This document shows, one piece after another, positions 1-10,805 of a stretch of DNA of 64,000 bases; position 1 is the stretch's first letter; each line of letters opens with the position of its first letter. The stretch covers positions 2,449,344 to 2,513,343 of the forward strand of contig CM082584.2 of the NCBI GenBank assembly GCA_040954595.2, read 5' to 3'. The notes below the pieces were generated by a model. The model had not been told where the DNA came from. It ran no database searches and worked only from the letters and a program-made list of their open reading frames with translations. The translations under genes and the position numbers were made by a program. This DNA is from Balanoglossus misakiensis. Its lineage: Eukaryota; Animalia; Hemichordata.

Positions 1-101
1 ATAACATCTCACTTGAGGAGGTAACCAAAGTTGTTAATCACTCCAAACTTAGGAAAACTGTAGGAAGTGATAAATTACCATATCAGGTTTTCAAAAATCA
101 C
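1..101 (+). pseudogene. Short non-LTR retrotransposon (LINE) ORF2 fragment, region just N-terminal of the RT core
   Basis: Translates as NISLEEVTKVVNHSKLRKTVGSDKLPYQVFKNH, resembling the 'I(S/T)xxEV...KxxGxDxIP' pre-RT motif of LINE ORF2. Cut by the window edge. Confidence 0.4.
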
Positions 102-745
102 GTTGATAACTTGGCCACTAGGACCACGTGTAGTTGGACCTGTTGGGGAAGAAAGAGGCACGGTTCAGAAAGCAACGTCACCTACCCGATCCTTTCAAAA
201 CATTGGAAAACAAGTTCAATTGAAATAGGTACATGCATGTACCTATACCCGTACACGTGAAAACGCGCTTTGACAAATCTAGCACACCGGAAGTGAGCAA
301 ACCATTCGCAAAAACGGTCCTCCATTGTCCCCCATTAGATAATATGCTGTTTGAAGACATTGTTTCATTCAACATGACTTAAACTAGGTATAGAAGGTTC
401 AGATCAATGGTTTTTAAACTGGTACGTTCTATTGCTTGTTATGTCGAATCATGGCGGGCAAATGGTCACACGGACATCGATTTTCATGAAATTCGACTGA
501 ATTTTTTTACTTACCCTGTTTACACGACACCATGCTGGAAGGGAGGGTGTGACGTACAAGTTCAAACCGAAATTACCCGAAAGTCGATGTACATAACATC
601 AAAAGCAGGCCGATAACATCCAAGAGCGAACTTCGACAAATACTTCCGCATTTCCATGCCAGGGACGTCAGTATATGCAAATACAGGGTGTGAGCATGCG
701 CAAACATATTGTAGGCAGTCGCTAAATTTGGAGGTTTGTCCTACT

Positions 746-1003
746 GGTAAGGATGGAATTGCGGCTGACAAGAGTAAAGTAACAGTTGTTAAAGAATATC
801 CCCGTCCTCATACTGTCACACAGTTGAAATAATTTTTGGGTTGGCCCAATTATTTTAGAAAGTTTATAAAGAATTTCTCGATCATTGCTAGGCCTATACA
901 TAAATTGTTGGGAAAGGACACGAAATTTGAATGAGATGATAGATGCGAACATGCATTCGAGAAATTAAAACATGTTCTGTGTCAAGCACCAATTCTAGGG
1001 TAT
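746..1003 (+). pseudogene. pol: Ty3/Gypsy pol fragment: RT thumb/connection region
   Basis: Manual translation GKDGIAADKSKVTVVKEYPRPHTVTQLK*FLGWPNYFRKFIKNFSIIARPIHKLLGKDTKFE*DDRCEHAFEKLKHVLCQAPILGY; typical Gypsy RT C-terminus with two stops. Confidence 0.85.
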
Positions 1004-1208
1004 CATTTTCATAATTTGTGGTTTCTGGGACACCGTTTTCTTCACACGACTCATCAGATGAGGATGAGTCAAAGTCGGAGTGGTGCAAATAAGCTCTTTT
1101 TAGTCTATTCACATGTATGACTTTGCGATAATTCCTGGTGCTATATATGAAACGTAACTTGTAATTAACAGGACCCACCTTCACAGAAATAATGTAAGGA
1201 CCTGTCCA
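1004..1208 (-). pseudogene. pol: Inverted second copy of the Gypsy integrase C-terminal GPY/F region
   Basis: WTGPYIISVKVGPVNYKLRFIYSTRNYRKVIHVNRLKRAYL is nearly identical to WTGPSIISEKAGPVNYKLRFINSTRNYRKGIHVNRLKRAYL encoded on + at ~3233-3355. Confidence 0.85.
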
Positions 1209-1209
1209 T

Positions 1210-2070
1210 GGGACTATTTCGCAACCCCTGGGCAAGTCTCCTGTATTGATATAAACCTTGATGTGTGACAAAGGCTGTTTTTGGTGTACTCTCTTCATCT
1301 AATTCCAATTGAAAAAATCCTGACTGTAAGTCTAGCGTCGAAAAATACTGAGGCTTATTCTTGCCTAACATTTCAAGATATTCGTCCGTTCTGGGTAAGG
1401 GAAACGAATCAGGCACTGTAATATTTTTTAAATGACGGAAATCTGTGCAAAAACGCCACGAACCATCAGGCTTTTTGACTAAAATTATTGGACTAGCAAT
1501 CGGTGAAGTAGACGACTCGATAATATTTAGTTCTAACAGCTGATCAACTTGTCGCTCAAGTTCACGTCTTTTCTCAAGCGTTACTCGGTAAGGTCGACGG
1601 AACGGGGCAGCGCCCTCTTGTAATCGTATTCTATGTTTGATTACATCACAGTTACCTAAACGACCACTAGACTCAACAAAAGCTTCTATATTGTGCAGTA
1701 AAACATCTCTAAGCTGTTTACGCTGAGCCTTAGTTATCTCTAATTCATTAAGCTTCAATTGACCCATCAAATAATCCGTCTCTTTCTGTGTATGGGGCCC
1801 TTCAGGTGAGACACAATTAATGGCATTATTATCGAGTGGGATTATTCGACTATTACAGGGCAAGGGCGAAAACTTTCCAACAACACTGTTTTTCTTAATT
1901 TTGACCACTGTATCCAAAGTGTTTACAACTCGCATGGGAAGAAAATTCTTATCCGAATAGGCCAACACCTTAGCTGCCAAAATAGCCGGCGTTAATCGTG
2001 TTCGTTTATCAGAAATAAAATCTAAAACTCCAGTAAAATATTTATACGGCACTTTCACTGGAATAACCAT
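1210..2070 (-). pseudogene. pol: Ty3/Gypsy pol fragment: post-protease linker and N-terminal half of reverse transcriptase
   Basis: ORF 1165..2070: HRIRL...RPYR, SPIASPIILVKKPDGSWRFCTDFRHL, DSFPLPRTD, FSTLDLQSGFFQ, KTAFVTHQGLYQY..GLRNSP. Truncated before YxDD. Confidence 0.92.
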
Positions 2071-2283
2071 TTCACTTCCAGGTGATCCATGGAGACACGT
2101 ACCTGATCCACGTTCATTTATTATCCATAATTATTATAGTACATCAAATACGCCTAGTAAAGTACATGAGGAAGGGAACGAACTCAATAGCCTGAGGTAC
2201 TCCCATCTCCCGTTAGATTATTCTCTTCCATCTTTGGAAACAAGGGGAAATCAGCTGGTTAATTAGATTGTGTTAGACAGGTT

Positions 2284-3544
2284 GTGATAACTAAGTCCTC
2301 AAGAAATTATGTGCTGCGGTGGGCTCATGATTGTGTTTTAGCGGGACATTTAGGATACACTAAAACGTTGGGAGTTTTAAGACAGAGGTATTTTTGGGAA
2401 AGGATGCCCCGGGATGTTGACATGTACGTAAAGACATGCGCACATTGTCACACACGAAAGAGAGCCACACCCCCTACTCATGCTAAGTTGTTACCTATTC
2501 CAGTATCAGGACCCTGGGACCGACTGGGTATGGATATTGTGGGACCCCTCCCTAGAACTTATGATGGCCATAAATACATCTTAGTACTTACTCATTACTT
2601 TACTAAGTTTCCAGTAGCATATCCATTACGTAATGCACGAGCTGAGACAGTTGCTAAGATCTTGTTTGATGAAGTAATTGCTACTTATGGAAGCCCCAGA
2701 GTTTTGCTGAGTAATGAGGGATCGATTTTTTTTATCCCAGGTAGTTCACGAAACCTGCAAATATTTCAACATTCTGAGTAAAGTTTCTACCCCTTATCGT
2801 CCACAGACCAATGGCCTTACAGAACGTTTCAATGGTTGCCTAGTCGACATGCTGTCCATGTTTGTTGATAGTAAACAGAAAGATTGGGATCGGTACCTAA
2901 GTTCAGTGCTTTTCGCGTATAGAGTTAGTCCTCAAGAGTCCAGTGGGTTCAGCCCGTATTATGTGTTATAAGGTCGGCATCCCACATTGCCCATGGATGT
3001 TGAATTCCAGCCAGTTGAGGGGAGGACAAGAAATATAGATACACACCTTAAACATTTAGCTGCTAAGAGGGAGATAGCTCATAAAATCGCCAAAGAGAAT
3101 ATAGGTCGACAGAATATGAAGGACCGTTATGATCAAAATATCCAACGGTCACAAAATCTTAAAGTGGGGGATCCTGTATATTTATACACACCTGATGTTA
3201 AACCAGGAGTTAATAAGAAATTCGTACATAAGTGGACAGGTCCTAGCATTATTTCTGAGAAGGCGGGTCCTGTTAATTACAAGTTACGTTTCATCAATAG
3301 CACCAGGAATTATCGTAAAGGCATACATGTGAATAGGCTAAAAAGAGCTTATTTGCGCCCCTCAGAGTTTGACTCATCCTCACCAGATACCAAAAATTAT
3401 GAAAATGGGACCGAAATATGTCAAAGTCCTAAAGCAGACATAAATGAATCAGAGAATGGTTCTGATCAAATTGAGGGATTGGAATTGAGAGATTTGTCGT
3501 CAAGGACAAATCCCAGTGCTATCGATGAAACTAATAACAATTGA
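2284..3544 (+). pseudogene. pol: Ty3/Gypsy integrase (HHCC zinc finger, DDE core, GPY/F), frameshifted
   Basis: AHD..AGHLG..KT / CAHC zinc finger; GMDIVGPLP; PYRPQTNGLTERFN; KWTGP...HVNRLK. Split over three ORFs. Confidence 0.93.
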
Positions 3545-3570
3545 AATTGTCAGAACAAAGCTTCTGAGCC

Positions 3571-3768
3571 ATTTACGAAATAGAAAATGTGTTGAAGGGT
3601 CGACATAGAAATGGGAAATTACAGTATTTGGTTAAGTGGAAGAATAATTCAACCAAACATAATACGTGGGAGGATGAAGACAATTTGAATGAAATTGCAA
3701 AAGAGTATTTGATGAGAAATCCTGTAAAGATAAATGGGAAACGGGTTATAGCACACTTGCACATTTAA
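3571..3768 (+). pseudogene. Chromodomain at the end of Gypsy pol (chromovirus-like)
   Basis: Manual translation IYEIENVLKGRHRNGKLQYLVKWKNNSTKHNTWEDEDNLNEIAKEYL..., matching the chromodomain pattern YE(I/V)E..YLVKW..NTWE..NL. Not in the ORF track. Confidence 0.85.
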
Positions 3769-4284
3769 ATCTATGGACAGAGAAATATGCGCGTAACAAA
3801 AAAAACACGGAAAATGGAGACACGTGGTTGACTGAAATGAGAGTTTGAACACGACTGAGAGGTATGAGTGTTGGCCAGTCTGTATGAGTGAGAATACGAT
3901 TGGCGTGTCCCTTGATTCGTTTAAATGTTACGCAAGTTGTCGAATGACATTTTTTATCCGTTGTTTGCTGAGTTTAGTTGTATGTGCTATGCAACCTGGT
4001 TCCCGTGTCACTCTGTTTAAATGTGTTGATGTATTTAAGTTATAAAGAAATTACCAGTGAAGTTTGAAGTTGCAGAGATTTTAACACTGGAGAAAAATGT
4101 TTTGAGTTGAATTTTTCGTTCGTTTGATGACCTAAATAGTTGGCCCAGTTTGTGTAAATAGTCCCTTGTAATGGCTATGTGTTTGTATAAAGAAACCACA
4201 GAGATAACCGATTTAGCAAGTTGTATTTTATTGCATTATCTTCTTAATTAAGAAACTTGTGTCCAATGCGGGACGCATTGCTTT

Positions 4285-4297
4285 AAAACAAGGGGAG
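4285..4297 (+). promoter_or_regulatory. Polypurine tract preceding a probable 3' LTR that starts TGTTATG at 4298
   Basis: AAAACAAGGGGAG immediately followed by TG, downstream of pol and preceded by a small hairpin (CAATGCG-GGA-CGCATTG). Confidence 0.65.
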
Positions 4298-4844
4298 TGT
4301 TATGATCTGTACAAAGGTCAAATATGATTTTAAGGGTCAATTATACTTAAAGCTCGGGAATGTCAATGTTTGATAGTATTTTTATTTTATGTATTTGAAG
4401 TAGATAGGGGGAGCTGGTGTTTAATTGACTGCTCTGAGTGTCAATCATCATCGAACTGACTTTATTATATAACGCTCTATGTAATTTGGTACGTATATAG
4501 TTGAATTGATGCCTAATGAAATTGTAACACATTGTATTTGTGATATTTGACATGATTAACCACGCCTTGAGAAAAGTAATTATAAGAGAACTTTGTTTGC
4601 AAAGTTGGGGGAGGAGAATAATCTAACGGGAGATGTATGTACCTCAGGCTACTGAGCTCGTTTCCTTCCTCACATACTTAACTGGACATATTTGATGTAC
4701 TGGAGTAATTCTCGACAATAAATGAACGTGAATCAGATACGTGTCTCCGTGGATCACTGTTCTCGTCACAGGCCGTTACCTCATCGCTACAATGTCCCTG
4801 ATGTATGAACCACAATAATATTCCAGCGGTAGTACGACTCTGAA

Positions 4845-5780
4845 AAGTATGCACTACTGATCTTACTTGACCTCTCCGCCGCATTCGATTCCATTGATCA
4901 CGGGATACTTATTCGTAGACTATCGAACCTTGGCATTACAGACACAGTATTAACATGGTTTAACATCTTACATTCAAAATAGATACCAAACTGTAATCAT
5001 CGAAAACACTGCAAGTTCACATTCACCTATCGTATTGGGCCTACGCGGCTCTGTCCTTGGCCCTCTGTTCTTCGCCATTTATATAGCCCCACTTTGTAAA
5101 CTGAATCGTCACCACAACCACAATTTCATCAGTACGCCGATGATAAACTACTATACCTTGCTTTTTCTCCGCAAGATCCACCCTCTATCGTCCAATCTCT
5201 GGAGATCTGCATCGAAGGCATGGATGACACTGAATAAACTACAGCTAAACAAAACCGAAGTCGTTGATATTCGCTCATCTTCTTGATCCTATTCCATCCT
5301 CCAACATGGGCTCTGCATCCATCTCTCTGGTAACAGCAACGTGTAATCTGGGAGCTGTCTTTGATAGTATCCATATTTATAACCAGCCCATCAAGAATAC
5401 ATGTATGTCCACGTTTTTTTTATCGTCGACACATCGGATCAATACGAAAGTACCTATCTTCTAAGGATTGAATTCGTGTAGTTCTTTCCACCAAACTTGA
5501 ATACTTCAATTCGTTACTGTTTGGTCTTCCTCAATCTGCAGTAAATCTACTTCAGTGATTACAAAACACAGCAGCAAATATCATCACCCGGTCGAAGAAG
5601 TTTGAACACATCACTCTTGCCCTCATCACTCTGGATTGGCTACCAGTTTGTGCCAGGATTGATTACAAGATATTGCTTCTTAAATACAATGCCATTCATG
5701 GCCTTACCCTGGAGTACATCAATGCCATTCATGGCCTTACCCTGGAGTACATTTCTAACATGGTTAATCGATTTACCCCT
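4845..5780 (+). pseudogene. Decayed L2/CR1-clade LINE reverse transcriptase fragment
   Basis: Manual translation gives [61 protein letters not shown] and WLPVCARIDYKILLL, with many frameshifts. Confidence 0.85.
5688..5752 (+). repeat. Tandem duplication of ~33 bp inside the LINE fragment
   Basis: AATGCCATTCATGGCCTTACCCTGGAGTACAT occurs twice in tandem. Confidence 0.9.
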
Positions 5781-7204
5781 TCACACAACTTATAGTGTCT
5801 GTGTTATGCCCTTACACACAACACGCATAATCACTCTTTTGTGGTGCAGTTGAAGTTTGTTGCCGTCTAGAATCTCATATGAGGTAATATGCTTTAATAT
5901 TTTCAAGCAAAAGTGCAGGGTGGCCGTGTAATCCAAATCCAGCCCAGTCGACTTTTTTCGCCTTTCCGAACTTCAAGTTAGAATCGCTCGGTGATTTTTC
6001 CCGCCAAATATGCTAATTTTCACCTGAGAGGTCTTATATCCGCAACCAAATACCCTCGCTAGCCGTTTATAACCTCTAAACGATGCCCAAACCATACCAT
6101 ACCATATTACCGTGTTTCATGTATAGTCAACTTTCCAGAAGATTGTTTTGACAGCGGAAGATAATTAGGGGTTATTACACTAAATTTGGTCGATAACGCG
6201 TCGTATTCGAGTGATGTCCGTTGCTTTGCACGATATACGGACATCACTCGCGTTATCGACCAAAATTCGTGTAATAACCCCTTTATCATACATGCCTACC
6301 TATAAAACAATACAATTTGCGAAAATGCGTCGAGAAAAACAATTTCACGGCCAGAAATTTGAACCGGGCGCCCTTGGATAACGGCAGGCACCCATAGCCA
6401 AGTGAGACAGGGCGATGCGATCAGGTGATCAACGTGTAGGCCGTAGTATTATTCTCAGGGGGCTGGCAGCTTTCATTACGATGGGCACATCTGCATTCTA
6501 AATACAATTGGCTACGTTCTCTTTCAAAATATCATGTTAACGATTATTTCGCATTGAGAATTCCGAAGAAGTAAATGTGATACATTCAACATGACAAAAA
6601 ACTCCAGCTTTGAAAACTTTATTACAGCTTCTAATAACCCAATTTTACAACATCCCTCTCCACTAAAGTCCTATGCCCCGTACGTCGCTCGCGCGCGCAG
6701 CGAACTATCACGCCGATCACCTAGTCAACGCTGTGTGATGATTTCAGCGCATTCTCCTAAATAGTTCAAGACGGGGTATATCACTGAGTGAAATACCTAC
6801 CGTATAATACAGTCGCATCGATGACCCATATTAGGAGTTGCTTATTAGCATAAAAATTAACATATCGTTAATATGTAGAACGCGATCTGACAAATGACTT
6901 CTTTGGAAATACGTCTTTTCCCGCTCTTTGGTATGAAAATTACGACCTTTTTATTCAAATGTAATTTTGGGGTGAAATACGCTGGGGATATCCCGTCAAT
7001 TAAAAACACGAAAGTACGAGTCAAACTTGCTTCCGGGTCAATAAGAAAACATTTCACCAGTGCTTTTTAAAAATAATAAATTTTGATTTCGGCGCCTACA
7101 CTATTTTTGACGACAGCGACACAACAAGCCCCGCACAACCGAAAAAGCAGGCGAGCGAACACCATCACCAGGTCATCGTGTCACAATACTATACTCTTCA
7201 GAGA

Positions 7205-7335
7205 ATGCCTTCACTCATCGTACACCAAGTACTGGCAGTGGCGATGCACCACTATAAAGGTGCACTTACTGTCGGTGCTGGGTATCGCCTTCTGCGGGAG
7301 AAATCCAACCCATACGATCAGAACGCCGTCAAACC
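7205..7335 (+). pseudogene. HIRAN-like domain fragment (N-terminal half)
   Basis: VLAVAMHHYKGALTVGAGYRLLREKSNPYDQNAVK fits the HIRAN signature 'L.RE..NPYD.NAV'. Confidence 0.55.
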
Positions 7336-7690
7336 TCAAGTGACATTTGGCTTATGCTCTTGGACAAAGTTTCATGTACTTCGTCATGATGAGTCTGGAG
7401 TTTTTAAACCGTTATTTTCGATCAAGGTAGGGAATAATTGGTATTTGTGTATGGATTAATTATTGATCTAGAAGCATCGGGGGAATCGGCCAGATAACCT
7501 GACAGTAAAACGGTGAAATCAAATGAAAATTCTGCAACTTGAACCGCCGGTGATGTTTACGTCGAAGCGCTTTATATTGTGGTAGGTTTACAAATTATAT
7601 ACCGGACATCTGTCATATACACATGGTGTTATTTATGTTATACAGTTTCTTCAGTCACCGAGTATAGTTAATTTGTCTTAACTCATATTT

Positions 7691-7908
7691 CAGTGTTTCA
7701 TTTAGGATGGCATCAACAGGGGGGATACGTCCCCCATTGCCAGAATATTTAGGGGGGTTTCCACTCTCCAAGGCAGACTGTAATATCTCCAACATGTACA
7801 CAGCATCATTTTAAGGGGCATTGCCCCCCCCCCCCCATGACAAGTTCCTAAGGGGTGCTATCATGTCAACAAGGGGGTGAATCCCCCCTCCCCCTAGATG
7901 AAACACTG
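7691..7908. mobile_element. 218-bp hAT-like MITE
   Basis: Terminal inverted repeats CAGTGTTTCATTTAG ... CTAGATGAAACACTG with G/C-run subtermini. No clean TSD. Confidence 0.55.
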
Positions 7909-9473
7909 ATGTTTCTACTGCCAAGAAATTAAAATTACATTGCATGATGTTGCCACTTTTGTAATTTGTTTTATTGAAATGACTGTATTTTTGAAAAAAA
8001 TTAATTGTATAAATGCATAATTTTGTAAACTTCCAATTGTCAAAAAGCTAAAATAAAAATGGCATGAAATTGAAATAAATGACTCCTCACAACTGACCAC
8101 TATTTGAGATTATCAAATTTTTATTACAAAGAACTAAAAAATTCATATAAAATTACATTCAATTCATGATTATTATAACAATGCACAAAACTCTCTCTCA
8201 ACTTTATCAACCCCGAACCCACACAATCCAACCCCATACCCATTAACAAATCAACTCCCATAATTTATAAATAATGATAAAAGAAAATAACACTGGAATC
8301 CAATTTGGCGAAAGAAATGATTGCTGTATTTAAATAATATATGAAACCAAGTTTATTATAAAAAAAAATTAAATGACACTCAATATTTTGCCAACAAATA
8401 AAAATTAATCGTAAAAGAATAAATAAACCTAAAAGATAATAAAAATGTAATTAAAGCATAAAATAAAAGTAAAACATTGCACCTGAAGTGTTAGTTGAAT
8501 AGGTTTCTAAATAGGAAAAAAAAATGTGTCATGATTTTAAACAAATGAAATTCGGAAATGATCATAATTTGAATTTTTATCACATGATTGGCTGGAATAA
8601 TGTTTCAATGTTGGGTTATAATATAAAACGTAATTCATTTGTTTCATTCCTATTTAGAAACCTTCAAATAATTTTTCAATAAAAATATAATTAAAAAAAT
8701 ATATAAATTCTGTTGATTAGAATATAGAAAATCAATAATCTCCTCAGCTGGTCAGCAAGTACAGTGGCAGTAGTTTTCAGTGACAGCTGCTCCTCAAGAG
8801 GACTAAACATAATTGAAAAAAAGATACACACAAAAACGAGATTAAATCATGGAAAGTAAAAAAAAAGAATAGAGATACATGGTAAACTAATAGATAAACT
8901 GTGAAATATGACCAAAAAAAGATTTTTTTTTATAAATCAATAAAATCTGTAGCCACTGTAATTCAATTGTGTACTGTGCAGTGTATTTCTGTTTTGCCAA
9001 TACTGTGTTTTGTGCACAGTTAATATGATAGACAAGGGGAATGGGTGTTTGAATTTGAAATACACTAATAATTTTACTGTTGCATTTCAAATTCAAACAC
9101 TTCTGTAATAGCCCCTTATAAATCATGCACACTGTGCAGTAATTCCAGGAGCTTGGATTTGTTTGTTGCCCGTCGTAGTTGTGTATGCAGTGATGTTCTG
9201 TATGTTAACGGTAGTGTCTGAATTATGTCGTTGCATTCGTGTCGAAGTGTGGCATTTGTTTTTTTTTCTTCTCTTTCAATTTCTGCTCTTTCTTTTTCTG
9301 TAACAAGTAGTATTTTTTTTGCCAGTGCCTGGAGACTTACCTTGGCAGATGATACTTACCAGGGAACGTCTTTTTTCTTCGGCATTGATGTTATAATTGC
9401 CAATGTGTCTATCCATAGCATCTCCTGAGATGGTAATAGGAGACCGACCATCCTGATACTTGACATAAGATGT

Positions 9474-9902
9474 CTGTCTCAGTCGTCCCCTGAAACCCGT
9501 CAAGTCGTTAGAGTAGCCTGGGCGGCTACGTTCCAACGACTCGGGGTTTACAAGGCTAACGACTGAGAAGACTATCTTTCTCAGACTGGCCAGGGCATCA
9601 TGCCTGCTACAGATGACAACCCACTTACCTGAATCGGGCACTGGAGGAGCTCAGGCCTTGTTGTTTTAGTCGTACTCCTCCAGGACGGCGTCCGCACCTT
9701 AATGGGCATCAGGCCTACCAGATCGTGAAATGGCCTCGTACTTCTCCAGAGTTTGGAGAAGTATTGGTGGATACCGGGCACGGTCGGTCTCGTCATAGAC
9801 ATCAATCATTTGGTAAGTGGGGTGATTCCGACCGTGCCACAGGGTGCGAAGGAGATGTCGTCAAGCCCGTAGGTAAGTGGGTGAATTGAAGCTCGTGCCC
9901 TG
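9474..9902 (+). other. GC-rich, extensively base-paired segment (candidate structured RNA, probably a retroelement UTR)
   Basis: More than ten nested complementary pairs, e.g. CAGGGCA/TGCCCTG, ACCCACTTACCTG/TAGGTAAGTGGGT, CTGGAGGAG/CTCCTCCAG, CGCACCTT/AGGGTGCG, TACTTCTCCA/TGGAGAAGTA, GGCACGGTCGG/CCGACCGTGCC, CTCAGTCGT/ACGACTGAG. Confidence 0.6.
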
Positions 9903-10213
9903 TCGAAAGAGGAAAATTCCTTGTAAATGTTGTAGAAGAATATTGTAAATGAAATTCATGTGAGAGTCTGTCACTGCTGCTGCATTCAACCAGCCAAAAA
10001 ACAAACTGGTGGATGCATCAGCAGTGGGATTACTCACATCATGCACATGAAATTCCTGTAGCAATTCGCTCCACAGACAATCTCTGAATTTGCAAAGAAG
10101 GTCAAATGAAATGTGATGATCAGAACACTTCTTCACACATTCTAGAGATCTGCCTCAGGAGAATCCCTGAGATATAGCAAAGTCCCTGTAAATCCCAATA
10201 CATAGAAACAAAT

Positions 10214-10510
10214 ACACGGGTTTCATAAGTCTAGCGCCCTCTTGTGGCTATCATGAATTTGACCTCAAAGCGAGGCCACTGGGTGTACGCCCCTGATGAG
10301 TTGATGACAGCTCATTAACACAGGCTCAGCGGTTTGTTGACAGAAGTGGCGACGCCGATAAAACTTTTCAAGGTAAGAATTTCTCGAATTCGCAGCTGTA
10401 TTTTTGTTTTCAGTCATATTTTAAGCACCTTCTTGTTTAGCTTCTGAGATATTATAGCAAAAAAAGTGTGAATTTTTGCGATCTCAAATTTTTTTTTTTG
10501 GAGCGACCGA
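10214..10510 (+). repeat. Left TIR of ISL2EU element
   Basis: ACACGGGTTTCATAAGTCTAGCGCCCTC...GGAGCGACCGA is the reverse complement of 15024-15329, with few mismatches and one ~10-bp indel. Confidence 0.92.
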
Positions 10511-10805
10511 TATAGCGCACGGTTAGCTGGAAAGCCGGCATTCTGGTCAAAGGCACGTATCGATCGATCGACTCAGCGAAAAAAAATCAAAGTTTACTTT
10601 CAGTTTTTGTTACCTTAATTATGATCGAGCCCATAGCCGAACTGCTAAGGGGTGTTATTCACCGAAACTTTATGAATGAGAGCTTTTAAAAGTTTTAGTT
10701 TTATTGCAGACCTTCTGCAGCCTATATTCCTCTTGCATTTGTATTCATGTTCAATGCTTCACAGAGTAAAAAAAATGTAATTGACATGCTGGATTTTTAC
10801 ACAGA

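Noticed and set aside
4298-5833. Complete 3' LTR ending at CATAATCA (~5833) with the LINE nested inside
   Set aside because: Plausible, but the end is an imperfect match to TGTTATG and there is no second LTR in the window to confirm it.
9335-9362. U1 snRNA (ACTTACCTTGGCAG..ATACTTACC resembles the U1 5' end)
   Set aside because: Similarity stops after ~14 nt; no U1 stem-loops or Sm site follow.
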